Below are positions 47,701 through 59,720 of a DNA stretch of 64,000 nucleotides, piece by piece. The stretch comes from Phallusia mammillata (lineage: Eukaryota). Below the pieces are notes generated by a model that saw nothing but the letters and a program-made list of their open reading frames with translations, did no database searches and was not told the origin of the DNA. Where the stretch lies: NCBI GenBank assembly GCA_965637545.1, contig OZ281496.1:29016001-29080000 (forward strand). The letters are read 5' to 3'. A program made the position numbers and the translations under genes. Position 1 is the first letter of the stretch, and each line of letters begins with the position of its first letter.

Positions 47701-50700
47701 GCATTCAAGCATAGGTTACCAAACTGAAGTAAAAGACATGTTTGGCGGCAATAAAATGTTCATTATGGCAGAATCAGTATCTTAAAGAAGTTTGGCACGG
47801 GATGTTAATCCTTCGAAAGCTGGGGTGTACATAAAAGTAAGGGATAGAAAACTTTTGATTTAACCTACGGCTCGTGGTGGCGACAGCATACTATTTTCTT
47901 CCGGCACAACAAGACAGACGCAGTTCAAAAGGCCATATTAGGTTACTATGTAAGGCAGTGTTTGCGGCTCAACTCATAATAGTGAAAACCTTTTAACACT
48001 TAAGATTGTTCTGACACATTCGTAGTGAGTCATTCCAATAGATACTTCAGTGCAAAACTTTGGAAACGAGGACTTTAACGTTTTCCCCAGCTCCGTGGCT
48101 TTTTTGAAAAGCAGTGGTGTAAAAAAAACCACAGGAAAGCACGTTCCAACTTTAGCAGGCGTGTGCAAAATCCCTGTAAGTAGAATAACAGCTGAATTGC
48201 TAACCGCCACACGATAAAGTCAGCTAAACAAACATCCTCGAGGAAGTCCTCATTGCAGCTGTTGTTTTGCATACACTACACAGCATGTTTTTGCGTTTTT
48301 AACATGCAAATATCCAAAAGGATATTGGTAATGCATAAAGGGGTTGTCCTTTAAAGTAATATGCTTTACTGTGAAACGTATTGACATGAGCCAATTCATC
48401 ACCAATGGTACCACAAATACTGATTTCTAATGTAACTATACAAGTTTAAGAACAAACAAACAACTACTGCAGTTATTGTTTCAGAGATGCAACCGTTTTC
48501 TCAATATTCAACGCCATGACGAGTTTTGTTAGTGGTTTAGCTGTATTCTCTACACTTGGATTTATGGCAAACTATCAGGTATTTAGGTCAAAAACACAAA
48601 AGTTAGACTTAAACATTGTTCTGTTCGAAAAAAAAACGTTAAAATGGTGTGTAAGATCTTTTAGACTACCGTTCTTATTGCTGACTGACTCCTGCAAGGA
48701 AATCACCATGGAAAATTTTCACAAAACTGTCACAAAAAATCAGCTTTGTGGTCGCTACACATTTCAGTTTTAAAATACCCTAAATTGTATGTCGCAAAAT
48801 ATATACAGTATTGCCAATAAAATATTTACAGAACACCACAGTGGAGAAGGTTGCAAGTTCAGGGCCAGGGCTTGTTTTCATTGCCTACCCAGAAGCATTG
48901 TCACTCTTACCACTACCACAACTGTGGAGCACCGTGTTCTTTCTCATGATTATTTTTATCGGTTTCGACTCAATGGTAAGGACTTTGGCAAACGTGTTAT
49001 TGAGAAAAACATTACGAAAAGCACAAACATCAGAAAACCGAAGCAATGTTTTCCAAATACAAAAAAAAAACTAGGCGCTGAAACAACCATCTTTTTAGTT
49101 TATCGCGCAAGAAGTCATAACGGCAATCTTGTTTGACAACGTTCCAGCTTTACGAAAGAGAAAGGAACTCTACCATGCCATTGTGTGCTTCATATTCGGA
49201 TGTGCTGGACTCTCAATGGTCACACAGGTAAGATAGCCTACACCCATTTTTGAGGTGAAATACATAGCTAATGTTTCAGCAGACTTAACCCAAAAGACCA
49301 ATGGCGTTAGCGGATACAATGGCACAAGGGAAGAGACAAAAATATGATGGCATGTTTAATTTTAAAAGCAGTAAAAATTCAAGATATGACATTTTTTTCT
49401 GATGAAGGCGTCTTGTATGGGACGTCGAAACGTCGATTTTAGTTAAGTCAAGTAAAATTTTCTCTGCAGCATAGTCACTTTCTCATCACAGTTCCATTGT
49501 TAAACATTACGTAAATAGCAAGGACACATAGGTTACATAGTCAACTGTCCTGACAAAAATTCTATGATGGCATGTTTAACTTGACAAGAGATTGCATAAT
49601 CCAGTGGTTCCTAACCAGGGGGAATTCCCCACTAGGGGAGAATTTCGTAATTTGTAGGGGGGATTTGCGTCACAATATTAATCTTTTACTGGTTGTCTGT
49701 GCTATGTAGTTTGTTGCATTTGCCATATATGAGCTGAGAAAAAGAAATTTCTCATATAATCGACATCAGAGTTTAAATTCTGTTTTAAGAATTACATTAA
49801 AATGTTAATGTAAACGATATTTTAGCAAACTAAATTTGTAGGGGGAGGGGGGAATTATATTTAAATATCGACAAAAAGGGGTGCACAGGACAAAAAAGGT
49901 GGGGAATCACTAGCCTAATCATTGAATTTCTTTGTTACACACTCTAAATAAAAACATATACATAACTATATGCGTTAGTAATTGTTTAGTTTCACTTTCT
50001 TTTATCATAGGGTGGAGTATACGTGTTTGAGATATACAACAATTACGGAACAGCGGGCTGGTGTATGTTCCTTATTGCTGGAACCGAATGTGTGGCAATT
50101 GCTTGGGTGTTCGGCTTCGAGCGTTACTGGGTGGAAATAAAGAATATGATCGGGAAACAAAGAGGGAAATATTGGCTGCTGGTGTCTTGGAAATTTGTAG
50201 CGCCTATTATATGCATTGTAAGTAATGTGGTTTTGGTAGGGGATGCGTACTAGTCATAAACAGATGAATTCGGTTAATCGCGTATTCCGTTTAGTTGCTT
50301 ATTAATTGTGAAACCGTAGACTATTACTTGTTAAGAAAGTCGTCTGGTAATAAACTAAGGAAGTTGACAATGCGATTAACCGGATTCGCCTGCAGTATAT
50401 TATAATATTTATCTGAAGAAAAAGTTTGAGATGTCAATAATGTATCACTTTAAAGAGGGGTAAAATGTTAAGAATCTCTGGTTGCAGAGAATTAATCCAA
50501 AACATACCCACATTTTTAATAGAACAAGTTTGTCGAGTACATATTGTTTCAGGACTTGCATTTACCAATTAAATCAACGCTTCTGTTTATAGATAATAGC
50601 GGGATACTACGTGACAATGCATAAACCACTACGTTATCGGGACTATGTATATCCACCATGGGCACAAACTATCGCCCATCTAATGAGCTTCAGTTCAGTT

Positions 50701-51162
50701 ATAATGATCCCGGCATATGCGATCTACAGCACTTACACCACGTGGAAGAACGGAGGAAGTTTTCGAAAGGTAAGACAAGGTTTCGATGTCTTAATGCTTT
50801 GAATTACAAGTCACTCGATTGAAAACAATCACAAGGTTTTGGATAAATACGTTTTAAGTTCAATAAGAAAACATCCTTAAAATCATATATGTGCATAATT
50901 AGTATTACGTTTCTTCTACAAACACTTTATGTGCAACATTCATTTACCGTTTTGACAAACAATTTACGCATCAAGCAACTAACCCCGCTAGTCGTGAGAA
51001 CAAGTTCAGTCACGAACGATTTTCACGAAATGAAACACTCAAGCGTTGTTGTTGGATAAAATATAAATAAACTTTAATTTTGTGTTGCAGTTGCTGGGAC
51101 AACCACCTACGGAAATTGTCAAGGAAGGGGAGCCTATGGTCGACATATCTACGTCTGTGTAA
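44776..51162 (+). CDS. SLC6 sodium/chloride-dependent neurotransmitter or amino-acid symporter, 591 aa
   Basis: Twelve phase-consistent exons (44776-44941, 45316-45447, 45963-46245, 46603-46735, 46824-46958, 47392-47495, 48485-48578, 48832-48975, 49099-49227, 50011-50217, 50593-50769, 51091-51162) total 1776 nt. Signatures: [56 protein letters not shown]. There is no TM1 Asp, so it is not a monoamine-type transporter. Confidence 0.95.
49399..49434 (+). ncRNA. Minimal hammerhead-like motif (Penelope-associated type)
   Basis: CTGATGA-A-GGCGTC-TTGTATGG-GACGTC-GAAAC-GTC, with a paired helix II and palindromic ACGT in place of helix III. Helix I is weak. Decayed relatives lie at 9727-9763 and 15514-15552. 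Confidence 0.5.
49602..49912. mobile_element. Non-autonomous hAT-type MITE in SLC6 intron 9
   Basis: Ends CAGTGGTTCC / GGGAATCACTA; 8-bp TSD GCATAATC / GCCTAATC (7/8 match). Confidence 0.7.
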
Positions 51163-52027
51163 TATTTCATTCTATGAAAAGAAGCAAGTGTATATTTTTA
51201 ATTGCTCTTGCGCCGCACTGTGTGTGTGTGTTTTGGAGCGGGCCATTTGTTAGTTCCGAAAATTGTTATTGCATTGGGTAGATTTTACTGTAATGTAGCA
51301 AATTGTAGTAACATGTGTTTTCTTACATTAAGAAAATACGTTTGGCACATTGTCCTTTTTTACTAGGATCAAATTTTATTGCACCAAGTAATAACTTCCA
51401 TGAAGCACAAAGTCAAGTTTAAAATTGTTCATGTGACATTTTTGTGAACAAAATGTACACGACTTTTAATAGAGACCATCAAGTGAAAAAAATTTCATAT
51501 CTACGGTTGTGGACGCAGCACGTTTTGTTTCGTATTTCTAACCATATTTTATTCCCAGCGCAGAATTTGAGAGCTTTTTTTGAGCTCTGGCATTATTACT
51601 AACCAAAGTAAATACTGTTGCACGTCTATGTTAGCTGCATTACGAGATAAATACTGGCTGAAACAAAATGTGTAAAATAAAAAAGAAGTCAATTGCGTCA
51701 CATCCTGGCAGCAACCGGAAATATTTTTTTGCCCTACTTACCATATTGTGTCAGGGCTGGCGTTTGTTTATTTCGCTTAATTCATTTTACTGCGGCTTAA
51801 AGCGGATGCATGGGGCCATTAATTAAAAACTCGTTAGAAACACTGTGCACGGAATTGAAAGAAGTTTAATCCAAAAAATAAATGCCAGAGAGATTGTGTA
51901 TACAGAATACAGCTTTGTGCGGACGTTTCAATAAGCGATGTTATGATCAACTGTGCAGGTTGTCGGTTGGACAAAAACTGGCAAATCTTATGTACTCGTG
52001 TAAGAGCATCAAGTCAATAGATGATAA

Positions 52028-52077
52028 GCTGCAGACAGTGCACGCTGTTTCGACCAACAAGGTCTCATCAGTATAGC
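52028..52077 (-). ncRNA. Type I hammerhead ribozyme
   Basis: Minus strand reads GCTATA-CTGATGA-GACC-TTGTT-GGTC-GAAA-CAG-CGTGCA-CTG-TC^-TGCAGC. The catalytic core is complete, helix II has 4 bp, helix III has 3 bp with palindromic GTGCAC, the triplet is GUC, and helix I pairs at 5 of 6 positions (one is G-U). Confidence 0.78.
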
Positions 52078-52254
52078 TGGTAACGAGAAGTAGTCCGTAT
52101 TGGCTAATGTAGCCATCCAACGGGACTCCAGTTTGTTGGGAGTAACATGCTAGAAAGCAATGTCTCACCTATTCTGTTTGATGCCACAACTTATGTATTC
52201 GAACCACTGATTAACCAAAACATTGGAATCTAAACACATGTGCACGTTTTTGAC

Positions 52255-53113
52255 CTGATTTTCGTTTTTCTTGCATGTAACATCTTCCTTGCAGCCTTTT
52301 ACGACGAAAACGTTTTTGTCCACACGTCTTACTATCGATTGACATACGTCCTGTTTTCGAAATGACAAAGATTAGTTATATTTTTCACCAAAAGCGACAT
52401 GCTTATACCCAACAAACTCCAAAACATAAAAGTTTGGCGTCATCTGTGATAAAAATTATTGCAGAAATGCAATTATATAAGCTACGGATGATCATCATAC
52501 GTTTTATTTTGTTTTGATTATACAGTTGCAACGAAAAGACCGTAGAAACAAACAGATAACGTCGTTGTTGCTAAACTAACAAACTTATGAATGTGAAACA
52601 CTGACGTTATTTGCTGTACACGTTGCCAGTTTTCCGTGCCTTGCACAATCTTCGGGGCTATCCATTTCAGTGCAGGTCCAACACTCCAAACCTTAAAACA
52701 TCAATGAGAAAACATTGTAGCAGGGCTTATTTTGACACGACGTAGAACTCTTTCAACAGAGTTCTATTTGAGTTAGAAAGTCATCAATGAGATGGAGTCC
52801 TTTTTTTACCATCAAGTGTTTTATTGTGAAAAGTTTTTTTTGGTTTAAAGTTGGTAAAACAGCTAGAAGAGTTTGTGTCAGTCAATGTTTTGAAACTACC
52901 TCGTACCGCATAGCATCTTTGTTCTGTTGTTTAACCGTGATGTGACTGTTGTTCGTTATTAGTGGTAGTTAATATTAATGAATACAAGCTTGTATTAAAG
53001 ACACACAACAACATGACTACTTAAGTTGTCTTGTACCTATGAAGCATGGAAACCTTCTCACCTGCAACTTGCCAAATCACCAACAAAGCAACAAGGACTC
53101 TGCACAGTTCCAT
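52255..53113 (-). pseudogene. 5'-only copy (exons 1-3) of the LU-sushi-vWA gene
   Basis: The signal exon (53113-53062) and the next two exons are nearly identical to 40920-40050. Homology ends inside intron 3 at ~52222. Confidence 0.85.
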
Positions 53114-54039
53114 AATTGACAATATAACTCCTACTACTGTATACTGTAAACAGATGTGCTCGCCTTTAAGTGGTGCCTGACTTGTATGAAAGACACGTTT
53201 TCGGTGTAAATCGGAAGTGTTTAGCGACTGGAACGTGTTTCACTTTACAACGTGATTTGCAAAATTAACTTCGTTTCAAGGAACAGTAACAAACTGACCT
53301 CATCATGTCGAGTTTTCGTGCTCTTTCGCATAAACATCGGACAAACGAACAGCAAATGGCCGGGATTTTTCTCTGCTTTACCAGGGATTTTCGTGCATTC
53401 GAGTCGATGGACCGATAATTTAATCAGTCTAAAAATACTTAAGGGATTTTGTTCAGTGACCGGTCATCTATTTTGGGCTCTGAAAACTTTTATTGAATCA
53501 TCAGTTTCTTTTTATAGATTACCTTTAAGTGAAACATGAAATGGTTAACTTTCTGTTTTTTTTTGATTAATTTGTCCGTCATATTTTACTTGTTTCTTGG
53601 CCCCAACTTATTATATTTTTCTCCGTCTATATATAGAATTTTAACAGGTCAGATTTGACATAGGCTGTAACGTCAATCAGGTTTTAGAAGTTGCTTCAAT
53701 GGGGTTCGTGTACAAATCAGTAATGAAAGAAACCCTTGACTTATATCCTTCTATAGCCAACCTTCTTACCTAAACTCATGGTTAGTTTAAGTTTATTTGC
53801 GTGTGGTAATTGATGATTAGTTTTCATGCCGACCCACAAATATGTACAATTTTCAATTTGTAGCGACAATAAAAGCGAAGGATACTGAACTGTCCCTTTG
53901 GTGACTTTAAGAATGAATGATATATTGGTTATATTAATGGTTGATTTGCTGTTGGATTAAATGGTTAAAATATAAAACAAAATTTTATCATTACACCCTT
54001 TAAACATTTAAAAAACATGTTTAAATGTTCAAAACCAAT

Positions 54040-57000
54040 TTAGTCACATCTGAGTTTCATGTTCACCGCTTTCAAGGCTTCATCGGACCCTTTCCATTGG
54101 TACCAGACAATTTTGTCCCAGGACTTTGTGCTGCGGCCCCACGGAGCGTTCAGGCTGGCATAAAAACAGGTTTTGTACCAAAAAGCCCCAGAGTTGTGCC
54201 GAAAGACACAATGATCATCAGCCCTACGCAGAAAACAACACATTAGTGCTCTATTTTTCATTTTTAGCTTTTGCAGTTCATGGGTCCTAAGCTAAAGCAA
54301 ACATTTTTAAACCTAATCTTTTTTGTTTGTAAACGGCCTAAAAATGGCCCTTTGTAAGGTAGAACACTTGCTGTCATTAAAAGAAATAATTTTACGATTT
54401 GGTGACAACACACCAAAGTTTACTTGTGTTGCTTATTGATTAGTAATATACGCAGTGGTGGGATTCAAATTTTTTGTCTTCCGATTCTATCAGAAGAGTC
54501 ATATTTTTCAGTCTATTGACAGTAACCAGTTATGCTAACCGGTTCGCTGATCTCATAAAAGCTCGTGAGACGGTTCTATAGAACCGGTGCGAACCGGCTG
54601 AATCCCACCACTGAATATACGACTGGAACGGTTTGGGGTGTTGTTTGCCTAGGTACTTACCTAGAGAGTGAGACTGCCCGTTTTGTTTTCGATAAACGCC
54701 ACTAAACACTTAAATCACAGGTAAAATCCCACCGCAGGCTAGATTTTTCTAGCCTACGCCAGGCCCAAGGCGCCATACCGAATCAGCCGGTCACCAAGCA
54801 TTCACCACCATATCGCAAGGCGTAGGCTAGAAAAATCTAGCCTGCGGTGGGATTCTAACCCACGACAGGAGTCTTTCCGGGACTCGCGCTTTACCAACTG
54901 AGCTACGCAGGATCAGTGGAGAATCCGCCGAAAGTCAAATCACAAGCACCGTTGCCTGCCTCGTTAGCTGCACATGTCAGCTTCCTAGTAGGGGATCGCC
55001 AGATTGACCAGTATCAGTTAAGAACTAAACACTTAAGGGCTAAGTTTAAATCCATGGCTGGGTTTGGTTTAGTGATAAGGTGCATCAGAAAAAGACAATA
55101 ACACTGCAAACTTACAAATCGTTATCGCGATCTGAAGAAGAGAACGCCATACCATCGTGATAACCCATAGCATCACCAGCCGTGCCATCATAACCACTAA
55201 CATGCAAACGGTAGTTGTCACTTTCGCTTTCAATGAAAAACAAGCTGAAAACGGAAAACGAGTAGCAATAAATACCGCATTTCATTATCATTAGCCGGTC
55301 ATCAAGCATTACCACATATGACAATGCACAGGCTAGAAAAAATAGTCTGTGGTGGGAATGGAACCCACAAATACACAGGTGACTTTTATCTCAACCAAAT
55401 ACCCTACTTGTGAGATTTTGTATTTCTTGTTGACATTGTATACGTTCTGATCAGCATTACTCATTTGCCACACTAACAATTACTAGCAAATAGGTTTATT
55501 ATGTAACAACGGATAGGCTTATTAAGAAACGATTAACGTCACACCGAGCGGCTTGCAATCGTTCAAATAGTTTTATGCCTAACTACATTTCCTTCTAAAA
55601 CTTATAAATCACAAGTTTGGAAACGTTTGTTTCAAGGCTGAAAATCAGTTAGCTTTAGTACAAAGAACAAATATATTTCGCTCAAGCAAGTATCTTCAGA
55701 GATTAATTCCTCAAAAGCTTGTTCATTTTCGCCAAAACTGGCATCATTCTCAGCGTATTAAAATAAAATTTAGTTTAGTCTCAAACTTCTGTTAAAAGGC
55801 TCAATCTATCACAGAGAAATGGTGATTTTTTTGAAATACCTGTAATCTGCATAAGCGTAGTTTTCACTGAAATCCCACAGATCAACACGAAGCCTACAAC
55901 TCCTTCTAAATGTAAGCTGATGAAGCTTATTAAGACCTAATAAGAAAACATGAGGTATATGTAGGCTAAACAAATTGAAATTGTGTCCTTGAGATAGCGA
56001 AAAAACTTGTCACACAAAAGTAGACCGTTATGGACACAAAGATAAATAGTAAAACCGATCCCCATGTAACTTTGGACAGGAGACAAATTTTATCCCAGTA
56101 TTGCCAGAATGGCGATTTTTATTACTTCATAAGTGAACTCGTTTTTAATTTACTTCGGATTGGCGGTTTTGGGGCTTGTTTTGACAAGAAGAGTGGCGAT
56201 TTTTAAGAACGTGACTTTCCAACACTGTTGCACACAACTCTAACTTTTACAACATTCCATTAGTTGTAAGGCACAAAAAATGAATACACAACTACGTATG
56301 TTACAGCATTTTAAAGTAACCACAAGTCACAAACTACAACAAATTGGCGTTTTTTTATACACATCGATAGAATGGAGAGTTACTTATGTCTTACCCAGCC
56401 AAAACTCGCCAGATAGGTTCCCAAACCCGCTGGAATAGTTTGCCCAGTTTAACAGAAAGTCAACAGAGCCATCAAATCGACGTTGAAAGACCTACAAAAG
56501 TGGAAATATCGCGTGTTACCCACATACTTGACAACTTTAAGTACAGCGAAATCACTTACCGTCCATCCGTTGTCACAAAATGCTTCGTCTCCATTACGCA
56601 ATGTCTGCCGCCCGTAAACAGATGACGTCATGCAGCTTGCAGGGCGCATAGAGTTTTCCAAATCTAGAAAAGCGTTTTCTATTTCAATGGCGTTGGTGGA
56701 TGGTAAACGCATTGACACGTTGGCGACAAAAAACTACTTTGCATAACATTAACACAGTGGTTCGTAACCTGGGTTCGATCGAACCCCAGGGGTTCGGCAA
56801 CGTTAAATCAGGGGTTCGACGAAGGTCTTTTGATGTACAAATACTTTTTATTTGCTGGATGGCAAAATATAGGAACGTTGCAACTATAGGTTATATTTGA
56901 CGTAACAAAGAACACTGTGCGCATTGTTCGTAACCAGCAAAACAACAAATCTTTGTTGGCAGCAAAAACGTATGGTCAAAACCACAAAATGAGTTAGAAA

Positions 57001-57516
57001 CCTAATTGTTGGGGTTCGACCAAAGGCTGAAGAATATCATATGGGTTCGGCCGTGGTGAAAAGGTTAAGAACCACTGCATTAACATATCTGGTGTTTAAC
57101 CTAATTGAAACGATTTCATGAATAAAGTTTTAAAATTTTGAATACACAATCGGTTTTTGGTAAAGTGTTGCCAGAATTTCTAAATTCAAATCATTTCTAG
57201 ACGTCTATGACCTCCTACCGAATTTCTAATAGATTTGAAACAACAAAATAAAATTCACAATACTTCGTAGGCGGCATCTGACTTCTTCTTTAAACTCTTC
57301 GTAATTTTCAGTCCCACCTATGACACCCTTTTCTCCCTTCGAACCAATTGGACCCATTTTTCCCGGCTGACCAGGGTCCCCCTTCTCACCTCTTTGACCC
57401 CCGATCTGACCCGGCGTCACTATGACGTCATCGCCACAAACAGGAACGGTGACGTAACTGCAACTTTGGCCGTTTATTATCAAAGGTTGCAACAGGCAAA
57501 GTAATATAAACCACAT
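54040..57516 (-). CDS. Ficolin-like lectin, 287 aa: signal peptide, Cys-containing N-terminus, 10 Gly-X-Y triplets, neck, fibrinogen C-terminal (FReD) domain
   Basis: Six phase-consistent exons (57516-57264, 56663-56560, 56491-56395, 55936-55840, 55244-55116, 54223-54040) total 864 nt. Motifs: [67 protein letters not shown]...MKLR. Confidence 0.92.
54453..54613. mobile_element. Non-autonomous hAT-type MITE in ficolin intron 5
   Basis: 15-bp TIRs CAGTGGTGGGATTCA / TGAATCCCACCACTG; perfect 8-bp TSD AATATACG. Confidence 0.88.
54720..54936 (-). mobile_element. tRNA-derived SINE-like element with a 36-bp internal fold-back
   Basis: A cloverleaf-like head lies at 54912-54840 (D-arm TAGCTCAGTTGGTAAAGC, stem GAGTC/GACTC, T-arm GTGGG-TTAGAAT-CCCAC). 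54725-54760 is the perfect reverse complement of 54819-54854. The element is flanked by the direct repeat AAATCACA (54712-54719, 54937-54944). Confidence 0.75.
56755..57077. mobile_element. Non-autonomous hAT-type MITE in ficolin intron 1
   Basis: TIRs CAGTGGTTC / GAACCACTG; perfect 8-bp TSD CATTAACA. Confidence 0.88.
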
Positions 57517-59371
57517 CTCTTCTGGTTTTGTTCCAAAGTCTAAAAACAATTACACACTCAACTAATATATGACTACTGTTTTGTAACACTAACAGGCAAC
57601 AAGTCAAAGCGTTTCGTTCTCAGCTTTCGCCAAACTATCGATTTACTTCTTTTAACCACGTTCTTTATCTAATATAATTCATACAACAAGGAAGTCGATA
57701 CAAAAGCATCAAGCCAATAAATGACAAGTAAGCTGTCGACAGTGCACACTGCTTCGAAGGACTATAATAGACTCATCAGTGCAGGAAGCCAAAAAAGTGC
57801 CTTACACACACAGCGTGGATTTTGACTGTCAGAATTCAAAAGAGAATTTCTTTACTTAACCTCGACATGCTGTATTGACGAACACCAAAGCACATACAAT
57901 ATCATGGTGCTTCTGGCGCTGCAAACATTAACAAACATAGGTTCAATTAAAGAAAATAAAAAAAGACACACGACAATGAACCTGCCATTAAAAAAAAGAA
58001 AAATGGTTGTTGGGCACTCATATGTATCAATCAATTACTTTCCAATGGATTTCAATTACTTTGTTTACCAACGTTTAAGTGGTGTAGTGAGATACAGATT
58101 GCCAAGCTCAAGTAATTACATGATCATCCATGTGCAAAGCAATGTATGGCTGCCAGATCACAAATGTCGTATGAAACTTTTTTCCAACTATAACACAAAC
58201 TGAGGCATATGTTATAAATTGACACAAAAAAACCTTAAAAATAAGACCACGATAACAAGTCGTTGCGAAAATCGACAGACTTGAGCCGTTTTCCTCGCTA
58301 ATTGGTTGACGTTCCCTATCCTCAACTTGCGAGCGTTGTAATACGTTTTACGACACATCAGACAAATGATTGAAAGCACCATGATTGATAAAAAGCGACA
58401 TTGCGACAATCAGCCTGCCTAGCTTACCTACCAGCAGTGTTTAACATAAACCTGGGGAGAACGGTTAATGGGCTTACGAACATTGTTTACTCTATCGCAT
58501 ACAGTTTAAGTACCCTCTGACTTTAGAAGATCGTTTTGCTAAAATTATAGCTGAAAATGCGTGTAAGTTCGCTGTGAACCAGGCAGTTCGACGTTGGGCG
58601 CGTAGAACTCCTCTTTATCGTGAGCAAGAAAATGAAAATTTTATGAAACGTTAGAACGTTCAAAATTCAAATTACAACGGCAGTGAACTCAGCGTGCGTT
58701 CGGGGATTCCTACACCTGAACAATTCTTGATTAAATCATATGTTTCTTCAAAGCTTAATGTACATGAAAGACATCAGTACGAGTCTAACTAGTTAGCTAG
58801 AAAACATCATTCAATGTTTCGTACGACTTTCGTCAATAAACCGTTACTGATCATTAAGGTCGAATAAGGTTTCAATGTTAACAATATCAGTGTTACACTC
58901 TATTTGACAACTTAATTTTAACGACAAGCTCAGCTGGTACAGTTTACTGTATAACTATAGTTGAGGTGCTGTTGAGCGAAGCATTTGGTTTTAACTTTGA
59001 GGGCTTGGACACGACCAAAGCGGTTTCGCAGAAGTATCACAGGATCAACATCACCAACAACATCTCCAGGTTCTGATAGCCAGAAAGTCTTGCTAGTTCT
59101 TTGTTTGTGAGCAAAAGTGTAATGTTCTATGCATAGAAAGCACCGGCGGAGATCTGTATAATGTTCAACTGCGGTCGTACACTCAGACAGGATGGGCGGT
59201 TTTGACTTACACGAAATAGTTGGATATTTATCAAAGTCGTAAGGCCATCCGTATGTCATGAATAAATAGAGCTACACCGCGTCCATTAACGGAAGAAACC
59301 AACCTGTGAAACGACAGCTGAATGAACACACTGCTAATACTTTAGGCCACATAACGTTGAAATGAAGTAAG

Positions 59372-59720
59372 AACTTATACCACGTGGGAGAACGGAGGAA
59401 GCTTTCGAAAGGTAAGACAAGGAATTATTAGCACTACAAGCAACAAACCCATAGTCTTAAGAACAAATTCAGCCACGAATGATTTTTACGTAAATCAATA
59501 CTTGCAAGCCGGTTTTGTTGGATAAAATATAAATATACTTTAATTTTGTGTTCAGTTGCTGGGATAACCATCTACGGAAGTTGTAAAGGAAGGAAGCCTA
59601 TACTAGACATATCAGTATAATATTTCATTCTGTGAAAGGAAGCAATTGTATCTTTTTAATTGCCGTTGCGCCGCACTGTGTGTTATTACATCGCGCGCCA
59701 TTTGTTGAATAAAACAAATT
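59372..59720 (+). pseudogene. Orphan 3' end of an SLC6 paralog
   Basis: Matches the end of exon 11 (ACCACGTGG...TTTCGAAAG|GTAAGA), a shortened intron, the last exon (with premature TAA) and the 3' UTR of the 44776-51162 gene. Confidence 0.85.

Noticed and set aside
51947-52168. ORFs on both strands and an apparent GT-AG intron around 52080-52170
   Set aside because: No recognisable protein; the segment is better explained by the hammerhead-bearing element.
54840-54912. Functional tRNA gene
   Set aside because: The T-loop is mutated (TTAGAAT), U33 is absent, the first acceptor pair is mismatched, and it is embedded in a repeated SINE body.
59180-59340. MGGFDLH (piggyBac-like) and NGRNQPVKRQLNEH (GIY-YIG-like) words
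   Set aside because: They are short matches separated by stops, with no supporting flanking motifs.
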